A DNA stretch of 64,000 nt from Camelus ferus (taxonomy: Eukaryota): the NCBI RefSeq assembly GCF_009834535.1, contig NC_045697.1, positions 79,548,001-79,612,000 on the forward strand, written 5' to 3'. A program made the position numbers and the translations under genes. Below are positions 40,560-52,819 of this stretch, piece by piece. The notes under the pieces are model-generated. The model was not told the origin of the DNA and did no database searches. It saw only the letters and a list, made by a program, of their open reading frames with translations. Position 1 is the first letter of the stretch. Every line of letters starts with the position of its first letter.

Positions 40560-42200
40560 ATGATACATCAAGTGCCTGTACATTGTTTTTTTCTTTTAAT
40601 TTATGAATGATGTATGTTTTTGAATAGATAATATACCATCCTGAATCCAAAAGATGCAGAAGGATAAACGCATCTTCCTTCTTCCCTGGTGCTTTAGTTC
40701 CCCTCCTCAGAGACAACTGCTGTTTTTATTTCCATGTGTATTTTCCAGTTATATTTCATGACTCTCTCTCTCTCTCCACACACATACACACACACACCTC
40801 TATATATCTTGTTAAACCCAAATTGTAGCATAGTACATATACTATCCTGTGTCTTCTTTCACTTAACATGTCTTGAACATTGTTCCATATTACTACACAG
40901 GAAGTTGCCTTATTCCTTAAGCAAATGTTTCTTCATGAAAAATGTCAAACATACACAACATTAGCATGTATAAAGAACCCCCCAGGTATCTATTATCCAG
41001 CTTCAACATATATATTAATATTTTGACAGTCTTACTGTATGTTAGAAAATATTGAGACTATGATTAACTTTGATGTGATATTGGCCAAGTCGTTATGTGA
41101 AAAAAAGTCTCCTTATTAATTGATGTGTGTTGATATATTTGTGAGTGAAATGATATTTTGTCTGATGTTTGAGATTTACTTTAAAAAATACAAGAAAAAA
41201 ATACGTGTGAGAGGAATAGCTTGAATCAAGATTGGCAAAATGTTGAAACTGGATGAATACAGATTCATAGTATTACTTCTCTGCTATTGTGTATGTTGGA
41301 CGATTTCCACAGTACCTTTCCTTTGGTAATCTGGCTTCATCTATAGCTTCCCTTTTTTCTCTGGAGTATATTAAAATAAATCCAAAATATTATGTAATTT
41401 CACCCATAAATACTTTAGTATGTACTCCCAAGACATAAAGACTTAACAGAAACCCATTATAGTGCCATCATCACATCTCAGAAAATGAATATTTTTAATG
41501 TAATCTAAAATCCAGTCTATTTTTCAATTTCCTTGATTTTTTTTCAAAAATTTCATTTTAAAATTATTTTGTTTGAATCAGGAGCCAAATTAAGTCCACA
41601 TATGGCATCCATTAAAACTTTTAAGCTTCAATAATGTTCTTCCTTTAAAAAAAAAAGTCATTTATTTGTTCAAGAAACTAAATTATTTATCCTGTAGAAG
41701 AGCCCACCTTCTGGATTTGACTGTTCCCTACAGGTATTGTTCAACTTGTTCCTCTGTGCCTCGTATTTGAGGCTTGATTGGATTCAGATTGAATATTTAT
41801 GGCAAGAATCCTTCCTAGGTGGTGCTTGCTGTGTTCTTCATGCTGCGTCACCTTTGGGGGCTCCTATATCTCATGTTTCACTTTGAGTGATTCTAAGATT
41901 GAGCAGAGGGTTTGGGTGGTGTCAGCCTTATCTGCCCATTGTAAACTTTCCCATCAACATGTTATCTAATGTTTTATCCAGTGATTATTACTGCCTTGGT
42001 CCATTATTCCATTAAGGGTTGCAAAATGATTTTCTAATTCTTCTACTTCTTTTTAAAATTTATTTTGCCTGAGATTGTCTACAAAGAAGTACCCCTTATC
42101 AACTTGTTGATTACTCTAAGTACAGTTGGTTTATTCTTTCTAAAGACCATATAGCATTTTACTATCCCATAATTTAACTGGTACTCTATTTATGGGTACT
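40560..42200 (-). mobile_element. Old L1M fragments (nested)
   Basis: Degenerate L1ME/L1MC 3' UTR motifs similar to those at 26.1-28.1 kb. Confidence 0.6.
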
Positions 42201-42369
42201 TGAATGTTTCTTTGACTATTTCTTGGATTAAATGTTTTTTCTTACCATATTTACTATTCATTATAAATACACAAGTATATGAATAAACTATGGAATTTTA
42301 AGAGATTTATATTTTGATGGAAAAATAATTATTGGATTTTTTACCTTCCACACATTAGTTTGGTATAAA

Positions 42370-42660
42370 TATGAGAGTTAGTCACACAGACCTGTATTTT
42401 AACCCTGGATCACTTATTAATCATATGACCTTGGGCAAATTATTTATCCTAAGTCTCATTTTTGCCATTCATATATTGGGAATAATAACATCCAATTCCT
42501 GATTTTATTTAATCTTTAAAACAATCTTTCAAAGTGCTTGGTATAGTGCATACTATATAGCAAGTGCTCAGTAAGAGGAACTTTGTTAATATTTCAGGTT
42601 TACATGAAATAGCACATGCGAAGTCCATTGCACAGCCCCAGGCAAATAGATGCTCATTAA
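42370..42660 (+). mobile_element. MIR fragments
   Basis: atgaccttgggcaaattattt..aaagtgcttggtatagtgc..gcaagtgctcagtaa. Confidence 0.7.
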
Positions 42661-43052
42661 ATATTGCTACTTTTCTCCCTTTCTTCACTTTCCTCCCTAT
42701 CTAAGCATTAATGATTATTTTTTTTCCTAGACCATTTTTAGGAATGAAAAAAATAGAAACAAAGAACCTGAGCTGCCCAGAGCTTTTTGCTGAGAGAAGT
42801 CATCTTATCATTCTGTCTACCTTTGTAGATACCCACCTGGAATTTCTGGGGGTCACAGCTTACTGTTGCAGAGGCCTGGCTGCATACTGAGAAATGGCTA
42901 CTTTTCAGGTGTTCTCTGTTCCAAAAAAAGAATGCAAACAACACTGGGTGTTAACAGTGAGCTGTGGAAATAGAATGTTCTTCTCCTCTGCCTGGCCCTC
43001 TCTGCCCAGTAGAATCATGACAAATGAACATTCCCATCAAACATAACCTTAT

Positions 43053-43200
43053 GGGGGGAGGGTGTGGCTCAAGTAGTAGAGCACATGCTCAGCATACACC
43101 AGGTCTGGGTTCAGTCCCCAGTACCTCCTGTAAAAATAAATAAAGTAAACCTAATTACCTCCCCCCTCCCCCCCAAAAAACCCCAAACAAAAAATTCTTT
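43053..43200 (+). mobile_element. tRNA-derived SINE (camelid type)
   Basis: ggggagggtgtggctcaagtagtagagcacatgc..gggttcagtccccagtacctcc..aacctaattacctcccc. Confidence 0.9.
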
Positions 43201-44557
43201 AAAAAAATGGCATTTGCCTGAAAGCTGATGCTAAGTTATTTTTGCTAGCAACCCATGAGAATTATTTTCGCCTGCTTTCTTGGCATTTCTCTTTTCCATC
43301 AATCCCTCACATAGTGAAATCTTTTTTTTTTTCAGTGCATCTACCTAAAGTTTGTTTGTTTGTTTGTTTGTTTTAATTGAGTTATAGTCAGTTTACAATG
43401 TGTCAGTTTCTGGTGTACAGCAGTGAGGTCTTCATCTTGACTTTATTTCTCCACTTTCCCCTATCAAATCATGGCTGCTTTTCCTCTCCCCTATGGACTT
43501 AGGTTTCTAGCATCTCCTCTTCTTACTTTTGCTATATTCTTTCAATTCTCAGAAGCACCATCTGTCCATGAAGGAGATGTTTTTGCATGACTCCTTTGTC
43601 CATGTGATTGGATAAAACTGGCATTTCTTAGCATTACCTCATTTCTTTTTCCTGTGTTCCTATAAAATAGCTGACAAGCACTGTTCATTCACTGGTCCCA
43701 GGTTTTTAGATCTACAGAATGCAGAAAGGTTGATTGATTTGAAAAGATATGCCGAAGATAATAACAGAGTCAGCACTGCAGACTCTAAAAGAACAGTCGG
43801 CTCCCGGACACGGGATCAGGCTATTTTCAGTGAAATCTGCTGAAGGAGCACACACACATTTTACTAACAGCCTGGTAAACAAGAGGTGCTTTTGGTATTT
43901 CTAGTGATGTTCTATCTACTTGGAGAGAAAGATGAACATGTGCTGATCTTTAAAGAGTGGTAAATCTAAATATTTTGACAAATTTGAATGAATTTTCATA
44001 TTAAAGTGTGATTTTGGTTAAGATTAATGCCATTTGTTGTATTAACTGAAATTTGGAGCATCATAATCTCTCATGAATGGCATCCCTACTTAACTAAAAA
44101 AGTAAAGTATAAAGCAGAAGAAAAAGATCAGGAACACAGAGACTGCTTGTTTTTTCAGTCACCTTATGATTAATCCATGACAAGTAAGTTCAGATGTCAG
44201 TAACCAACTTTAAGCCATAATGACCCATGTCTGCTCTTAATCTTTGGTGTAGATATTTTTCTATTGAAGGACGAGTTAAAAATTATATGTAGCAGTTGAA
44301 ATTTTGTCTTGCACAATCTCTGTACCTGGGATTCCTTCAGAGGAAAACCTGTTTAAAATACTAACTTGTGATCTTTCTCTGCTAGCTTTGCACTCCTCTG
44401 TATGTTGGGCAGTGGATTGTTCTCATCTATGAAGGACAAGTATTATTCCTTCTGCTCTCACTCATTGATGCAATGATAATTCATTAAGCAACTACTATGT
44501 GCTAGATCTGGTGCTGGGTGCTGGCAGTGCAAAGATGAATGAGACATGGTCCTGTTC

Positions 44558-44695
44558 TGGGAACTATATTCAATAACTTGTAATGGCCTATAATGAAAAG
44601 GAATATATATATATATATATATATCACTATGCTGTACACCAGAAATTAACACATTGTAAGTTGACTATATTTCGATAAACAAAACAAACAAAAAA
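44558..44695 (+). mobile_element. Short L1 3' end inserted in L2
   Basis: gggaactatattcaata..gactatatttcgataaac. TSD ATGGTCCT(G/T)TTC at 44546-44557 and 44696-44707. Confidence 0.85.
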
Positions 44696-45279
44696 ATGGT
44701 CCTTTTCAAACAGCTGGCACTATGTTTAGTGTCTCTGCCTGGAACAGGCAGGGTTTCTCAGAGAGTGGTCCGTGGCCTCTCCTGGGGCCCTACCCCAGCT
44801 CCTGAGGCAGGGTCTAGAGATAGATCAGGGATCTGCATTGTCACCAGATGGTTCTTGTGCACTGGCCCAGAGCATGGTAGGAGTCAGGTGGTTGAGGGGG
44901 AGAGTCACAGCCTGCATGCAATGCAGGGCATCCCTCAGAGAGAGCTTTCCACTCAGCATTAATATTTCTGGGAGGCTCCTCAGAGGGAAACACCTTGTCT
45001 GTCTTGAAGGAGCTTCCCCTGGAGGGGGCATGCTGAGTGCTGAGATAAAGACTTCTGGGAATGGTGTAAAGTCTGTCCTCCAGAGAGTCTTAGTCCCAGA
45101 CTGAGGGGCAGATTCTGGGTTAGGCAGGGAGTGGTGGTGGTGGGGATTAGGGCCAAGGTCTTACATCCCTAGAGGGTCCATAATTTAGCCCCTGGATTCT
45201 CCAAGGGAAGACTAGAGCTGACAGCTGAAATTTTGAGGATTCATTTACAGAGAGAATAATGCAGATATAAAATCGTAAG

Positions 45280-45520
45280 AGCTAGTACATATATAGTGTC
45301 TTGTTACTCCTAGGTGCTTAGAAGCACTTTACATATATTAATTCACTCAATCCCAACAACTTTATTAGGTGACTCTGTTAGTACTATCATCCTCGGTTTA
45401 CAGAGGAAGAAATGGTGAGGTTAAGTAATGCCCAAAGTCACCTAGCAGAGCTGGGATTCCAACACAGGTGGTGTGGTACAGAAGGTAAGCTCATCACCAC
45501 TGCAGTCAACTGCCTCTTAG
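45280..45520 (-). mobile_element. MIR
   Basis: ttacagaggaagaaatggtgaggttaagtaatgcccaaagtcacct. Confidence 0.75.
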
Positions 45521-46719
45521 AAGTATCATCATTTAAAATGGTAAAAGCAGAAGTACATAGACCATTCACACTGTTCTACTTAAGCATTGGTTTCCCTCAG
45601 CTTTCCACTGAATTGTATCCTCCTCCGCCTTGGACCACAGAAAGAACACTTCTGGGAGCCCTGACAACTGCCCTCTTAAATGCCTTCAGAACTGGTTTCT
45701 TCTGTTTCAGAGAAGAGATTACATGCTTCTTTTTGCTATTGCTTTATAATCTAGATGCATGTGAAAATCCCCATTACAGAAGATCTGGTCCTTCACTTCA
45801 CTGCCTGAGTGAAGACTGGATGCACTATTTTTAGAGATAACCCCCCAACATCCCAGTCCCCAACATCCCAGTCTTTGAGTGTGTGATACCAGAAAGCCCC
45901 AGAAACCAACCTACCAAACAAAAAGCCCCCCAAAATTCACAGCACATATTTAGAAGGCTGAATAACCTTTCAGTTTCTTTTATTTGATTTTAATTTCAGA
46001 TTGGGTATCTAAAAGCTTTCATATTGTGTATTCAGTAACTTGGATAATTATTAACAAGTTTAAAAAATGTTAACAAGGGAAAATACTTTCGAACTTTTGA
46101 ACTGTGTCTCAGTTTCTGACATGAAGAGTTATTTGACTTGAGTTCTTTTTCAGAAGCCATTTAACATTTTTACATATTGCACCAGATGACAGAAACCTGG
46201 CTTACAAACTGATCTGAAGGTATCTTGAATCAGAAGGTACTTGATGACTGAGATCGCTCTCTTTTTTTTCTGTAGAATGAGGAGCAAGAGGCCTGCCATT
46301 TCTTGGAAATTTTGCCCAGTAACCTGGCGCTATAGACATCTTCCTGGCTTCCTTGGTGGAAGAATTACACCTGCAAAACATGATCTTATTGACCAAATCA
46401 TTCTTAGGTATAGGTTTGCTGCATAAACAATTATTCTTGCACTCAACAATAGGCTTGCCTTAATGGGTCAGCTCTTGTAGCTGTAACTGTAACTGAGGGG
46501 CATGGTTATTTCTGACTGTGAAAAGATGCATGAACTTCTGATAGACAGCACTGAATATCCAAAACCAAATTATTTTATTAATTTAAACTAATTATTTTCT
46601 GTTAAAATAATATGCTCCTCTTATAAAAAATTCATTAGAAGAAATGTTTGAAGTAAAAGTGAGTGATCCTCGCCCCTCAAATTCTTTTCTTTTAAAAAAT
46701 TATTTTTTAATATGTTTTA

Positions 46720-46855
46720 CTATTTTATTTGGGGGAGGTAATTAAGTTTATTTTTTTTTTAATTTAATAATTATTTGATGGAGGTACTGGGGATTGAACC
46801 CAGGACCTTGTGTATGCTAAGCACATACTCTACCACTGAGCTAAATCCTGCTCTC
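46720..46855 (-). mobile_element. tRNA-derived SINE (camelid type)
   Basis: ggaggtactggggattgaacccaggaccttgtgtatgctaagcacatactctaccactgagcta. Confidence 0.9.
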
Positions 46856-47001
46856 CAACCCAAATTATTTTCAATGTCCACAGATATCTGGTGCTTCTCT
46901 TAAAATAACATTTCCACTGAAGAAAACAATAGTTTAAACTTCTGAAAACTAGAGTTATTGATTCATAAGAGTAAGTTTTAAATTTTTGACTATTAAGAGA
47001 T

Positions 47002-47472
47002 TGTATTAATTTCCTACTGCTGCTGTCATAAATTTCCACAAATTTAGTGGCTTAAAACAACACAACTGTATTACCTTACAGTCTGGAGATCACAAGTCCC
47101 AAGTGAGTTTCGCTGGGTTGAAACCAAGGTGTTGGTAGGGCTGGGATTCCTCTGAAGGCTCTAGGGGAGAATTTGTTTCCTTGCGTTTTCCACATTCTAG
47201 ACGTTGCCCGCATTTCTTGGCTCCTACTCCATCCACCATCACCCCGACCTCTGGTTCTGTCATCACGTTGCCTTCTCCCTTGTTGACCCTCTTGCCTCCT
47301 TTTTATAAGGATCCCTGTGGTTCTATTGGGCCCACCTGGATAATCGCCCGTCTCAGAATCCTTAGTTTCATCACACCTGCAAAGTCCCTTTTGCCATCCG
47401 TGGTAACTTTCACTGGTTCCAGGGATTAAGATGTGGACATCTCTGGGGAGGGAGCATTACTTAGCTACCATA
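47002..47472 (-). mobile_element. MaLR solo LTR (MLT1C/D-like)
   Basis: tgtattaatttcctactgctgctgtcataaa..ggttccagggattaagatgtggacatct. Confidence 0.85.
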
Positions 47473-48533
47473 GAGAGATACACCTCTGATTTACTAAGGA
47501 ATTTTGTGTGGGAGAAATTCATATTAAATTATCACTTCTCCCTCAACGATCCTTTCTGTTTTCATCCAAATACCAGAAGCTCCATTAAGGTCTCGCATTT
47601 GGTTTATCTGAGAACACCTGACAGTGATGTGAAAGAAGCCCCAGAGCAATGTTTACCAGAGTTGCCAAACTAGTGGCCTATGAAACGTTAAAGATGTTCT
47701 GTGTTAAAAAGTATACTGAGTCAATAGGATTGAAAATCATTGCATGCTTCTTCCCACCCACCTTCCTCTTTAATACACATTAGCAAATAGGAAAGTACTG
47801 AGAATTCTTACTATTGCCTGTGATTCTGAATGTATTTTACAATGAAATCTTTTTTTTACTATTTTTTTTAAAAGAATGCTTATTAATGATTTTCTCAAGG
47901 ATACCAATGTATCACATTCAGGAAATGTCCTTAATGTGGTCTTCCATTCTAAAACTTAACTATATTGCCCTGAAAAAATAAATAAAATAAAAAGGTTATA
48001 TTGGAGCTAACCCTAAATATCTCCTAAGTGACATCTTTCCTATTTAATTCTGTCTCTGCTACCTATGTGGGACTTAGTTTCTTTAGACTTTAAAGCAACC
48101 AACTTTCATAATTTAAATTCAAAACCTAATATTAAGAATAACTTATGTTTCTGTTAATAAATATTTAGAGTAATATTACATGCATACAAACATTTTGTGA
48201 CTATGACAGCACAAACAAGATTGTTTTGAAAACTGAGATAATGTTTTGATGTTTTTCAAGGTGTATAAAATAATTTTCTATTGTGAATACTATCCTTGAA
48301 TCATTGGACTGGGATCCATTAATTTCTTAAAAATTATATTCATCTTTTTCCTATTTTGAGAAGACATTTCCTCTAAAGTGGTCCAGAACGGTACTTGATA
48401 ACTTATGCTCACCCAAAAGCTCCCAACAATGGTATGAGGACAGCTTTAGCCTCCTCTACTGGATTCAGGGAAAGATGGCCCTGAGCGTAGGTTGGCAGTG
48501 CAGTCTTCATCAGATAAGACTTTCATTACACTT

Positions 48534-51009
48534 CTTTTTTTTTTACCTTTAACATTTTTTATTGATTTATAATCATTTTACAATGTTGTGTCAAATTCCA
48601 GTGTAGAGCACAATTTTCAGTTACACATGAACATACATATATATTGATTGTCATATTTTTTTCTCTGTGAGCTACCACAAAATTTTGTGTATATTTCCCT
48701 GTGCTATACAGTATAATCTTGTTTATCTATTCTACAATTTTGAAATCCCGTGTATCCCTTCCCACCCTCTGCCCCCTTGGCAACCACAAGTTTGTATTCT
48801 ATGTCTATGAGTCTGTTTCTGTTTTGTATTTATGCTTTGTGTGTGTGTGTGTGTGTGTGTTTTATATTCCACATATGAGCGATCTCATATGGTATTTTTC
48901 TTTCTCTTTCTGGCTTACTTCACTTAGAATGACATTCTCCAGGAGCATCCATGTTGCTGCAAATGATGTTATGTTGTCGGATTTTATGGCTGAGTAGTAT
49001 TCCATTGTATAAATATACCACATCTTCTTTATCCAGTCATCTGTTGATGGACATTTAGGCTGTTTCCATGTCTTGGCTATTGTAAATAATGCTGCTGTGA
49101 ACATTGGGGTGCATGTGTCATCCTGAAGTAGGGTTCCTTCTGGTTATATGCCCAGGAGTGGGATTCCTGGGTCATATGGTAAGTCTATTCCTAGTTGTTT
49201 GAGGAATTTCCATACTGTTTTCCACAGTGGCTGCACCAAACTGCATTCCCACCAGCAGTGAAGGAGGGTTCCCTTTTCTCCACAGCCTCTCCATCATTTG
49301 TCATTTGTGGATTTTTGAATGATGGCCATTCTGACTGGTGTGAGGTGATACCTCATTGTAGTTTTGATTTGCATTTCTCTGATAATTAGTGATACTTAGC
49401 ATTTTTTATGTGTCTATTGATCATTTGTATTTCTTCCTTGGAGAATTGCTTGTTTAGGTCTTCTGCCCATTTTTGGATTGGGTTGTTTATTTTTTTCTTA
49501 TTGAGTTGTATGAGCTGCTTATATATTCTGGAGATCAAGCCTTTGTCAGTTTCATTTGCAAAAAATTTTTTCCCATTCCGTAGGTTGTCTTTTTGTTTTA
49601 CTTACGGTTTCCTTTGCTGTGCAGAAGCTTGTGCATTTCATTAGGTCCCATTTGTTTATTCTTGCTTTTATTTCTACTAGGAGAAAATTTTTGAAATGTA
49701 TGTCAGATAATGTTTTGCCTATATTTTCCTCTAGGAGGTTTATTGTATCTTGTCTTATGTTTAAGTCTTTGATCCATTTTGAGTTGATTTTTGTGTATGG
49801 TGTAAGGGAGTGTTCTAGCTTCATTGATTTACATGCTGCTGTCCAGTTTTCCCAACACCATTTGCTGAAGAGACTGTCTTTATTCCATTGTATATTCTTG
49901 CCTCCTTTGTTGAAGATTAGTTGATCAAAAGTTTGTGGGTTCATTTCTGGGCTATCTATTCTGTTCCATTGATCTGTATGTCTGTTTTTGTACCAATACC
50001 ATGCTGTCTTGATTACTGTAGCTCTATAGTATTGTCTGAAGTCTGGAAGAGTTATTCCTCCAGCCTCTTTCTTTCTCTTCAGTAATGCTTTGGCAATTCT
50101 AGGTCTTTGATGGTTTCATATTAATTTTATTATGATTTGTTCTAGTTCTGTGAAATATGTCCTGGATAATTTGATAGGGATTACATTAAATCTGTAGGTT
50201 GCCTTGGGCAGTGTGACCATTTTAACAATATTGATTCTTCCAATCCAAGAGCATGGGATATCTTGCCATCTTTTAAAGTCTTCTTTAATTTCCTTCACCA
50301 ATGGTTTATAGTTTTCTGTGTATAATTTTTCACCACCTTAGTTAGATTTATTCCTAGGTTATTTTATTACTTTGGGTGCTATTTTAAAGGGGATTGTTTC
50401 TTTACTTTCTTTTTCTGTTGATTCATCATTAGTGTAAAGAAATGCAACTGATTTTTGAATGTTAATCTTGTAACCTGCTACCTTGCTGAATTCTTCGATC
50501 AGCTCTAGTAGTTTTTGTGTGGACCCTTTAGGGTTTTCTATATATAGTAACATGTCGTCAGCATATAGTGACTCTTTAACCTCTTCTTTTCCAATTTGGA
50601 TCCCTTTTATTTCTCTCTCTTGCCTGATTGCTGTGGCTAGGACTTCCAGAACTATGTTGAATAGGAGTGGTGATAGTGGGCAGCCTTGTCTTGTCCCAGA
50701 TTTTGGTGGGAAGCTTTTGAGTTTTTTACTGTTGAGTACTATGCTGGCTGTAGGTTTGTCATATATAGCTTTTATTATGTTGAGATATGTTCCCTCTATA
50801 TCCACTTTAGTGAGAGTTTTTATCATAAATGGGTGTTGAATTTTATCAAAAGCTTTTTCTGCATCTATTGAGATGATCATGTGGTTTTTGTCCTTTCTCT
50901 TGTTGATGTGATGTATTACATTGATTGATTTGCATATGTTGAACCATCCTTGTGTCCCTGGGATGAACCCCACTTGGTCATGATGTATAATCTTTTTTAT
51001 GTGTTGTTG
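48534..51009 (-). mobile_element. Young 5'-truncated LINE-1 (ORF2 RT to 3' UTR), disrupted
   Basis: ORF2 fragments with [16 protein letters not shown] and LYADDMLLY (50359-50973) and the C-terminal MFTAALFTIAKTWKQPKCPS. Poly(T) at ~48535. TSD TCATTACACTT at 48523-48533 and 51010-51020. Confidence 0.97.
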
Positions 51010-51264
51010 TCATTACACTTTCTTTATCCCTTTCTTATGACACTGATCATGTTTAACCATACATTATTAGTTATGTATTATGGCTTATCTGTACAAAGTA
51101 AAGTTCCTGAGGGTAGGAGCCATCCATATATCCCTTGTGTGCCTGTTTCAATGTTTTCCCTTAGCAGGGACTGGACCAGTGTTTGTCAGATGAATGCCTC
51201 AATGAATGAACTTAGGATGGGCATCCTAGGAATATCAGCTGTGTTTGTCAATCATCCATCAGTT

Positions 51265-51790
51265 GATCTATCCATTTATATCCTTCCCTAAAAAATTTGA
51301 GGAAACTCTCAGGGTATATATAGAACAAGGAAAAAGTAAATTAAAATTAGGTAAGATAATTAAGGCAAAGGAAAGGTAAGGGTTGGAAAGTAAAATGGAT
51401 TTAGGACTGAGCTTAGTTCTGAAAAATATATACCATAAAATCTTATGCATTTGTAAGGGTAGAACATTGATTTGGTGCTAAGCGTACTAGAAGCCTATGG
51501 AGGAAGCAGTGGTTATTTGATTTTCAGTATCTAGAAAATTAGGATGTCAGTTGCTCACATGAAACATAGTTATTCCTAGAACTAGGGCCAGAGAGAAATT
51601 CTTCTCATGGTGTATCAGAAGGAGTTTACTGTGTGGTATAAAGAATAACATATTCAGCATATCTTTACACTAAACACAGCAGTGCATTTCAAAAAGAAAT
51701 TTCTTATATTACCCTCCTTTTATACTGATAGTGCCCTCCCCATAACCCAAATAAAGAGTACAGCTGTGGAGGGGGATAAACAGTGGTTCA
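51265..51790 (-). mobile_element. Ancient L4 (RTE-X)-like fragment
   Basis: cagttgctca..attcctagaactagggccagagagaaattcttctcatgg resembles mammalian L4. Confidence 0.55.
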
Positions 51791-52735
51791 TGAAATCCTG
51801 TTATGCAAACAAAATTGCAAAACAGCTATCAAATATTTCTTGCAAAATCCATACTTAGCAATTAATATGGATGTAAAATTTCACTAGCAGGTAAAAGAAA
51901 AGAATGTGGAAATAAAGCAAAATCTAGTGCCTAATTATTAGAGAAAATAAATTGTAGTCAATTAAGATAATCAGTTATCTGAAGATGGGGCTCAAATATT
52001 GAGAAGCATCCTTTACTGTGTGTTTTCTTTTTTTAATTTTCTCTCTTACTATAACTACAGAATGCAGCAAATTGGACTAGTTATTAAACAACAGGGAAAA
52101 TTCAGTTAAATATAGAATAAATTTCTTCCTTAGGCTGCAATTTGAGTTCCTTTTCAGTAGAAGGAAATGGGTTCTAGTGAGAAGTCATTGTTACCAATTA
52201 TCCCAGAAAATGATGACTTGGAAATGGAAGGTGAGAATAGAAACCAATTAAAGAAGAGCATGCACCTGGAGCCCTCTCTTGGGGATGGGGAAGTTGGATG
52301 GGACTGTCATAACTGTAGGGATGTGATAGATGGATACAGAGTATGTTTTGGGAAATTAATCATCACTCGCCTCCCGTCTTAATGAGCCTATGTGGATTTT
52401 ATATTGCCATCTTGTAACAGAGGTGCCACCAATGTCAGTTTGGAAATATCTGTCAACATGCAAAAATTTACTAAAGAATTTACAGAAATGTGAATTCCCA
52501 AAATTAATTATTAAATCTTAGAGATTTTTCTTGGAATGTGGTCTTAATATTGGAAGTTCTGAGGTTAGGATAAAAACTCACCCTGACTTCCTCTCTTACT
52601 TCTGACTTCTGGTGTTGGTACTGGCAAGGTTACCCAGTCAGATCTAGGATGGTAAATAAGCCCTCTTATTTGGTTTCTAATTCCTTTGAGCCACTATACA
52701 TTTAGAAATTTTAAGCCTATTTAAGAAATTGTAGG

Positions 52736-52815
52736 TGGGGAGGGTATAGCTCAGTGGTAGAGAGCATGCTTAGCATGCACAAGGTCTTGGGAGGAAAAAA
52801 ATTAAAAAAAAAAAT
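52736..52815 (+). mobile_element. Truncated tRNA-derived SINE
   Basis: ggggagggtatagctcagtggtagagagcatgcttagcatgcacaaggtc followed by an A tail. Confidence 0.88.
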
Positions 52816-52819
52816 GTAA

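Noticed and set aside
45843..45872. 15-bp tandem duplication; similar short repeats at 1700-1740, 15728-15758 and 29915-29970
   Set aside because: Ordinary slippage repeats with no spacer structure, so not CRISPR-like.
50359..50973. 204-aa ORF with reverse transcriptase motifs as a gene or novel RT system
   Set aside because: It is a fragment of ordinary L1 ORF2 in a truncated, frameshifted element.
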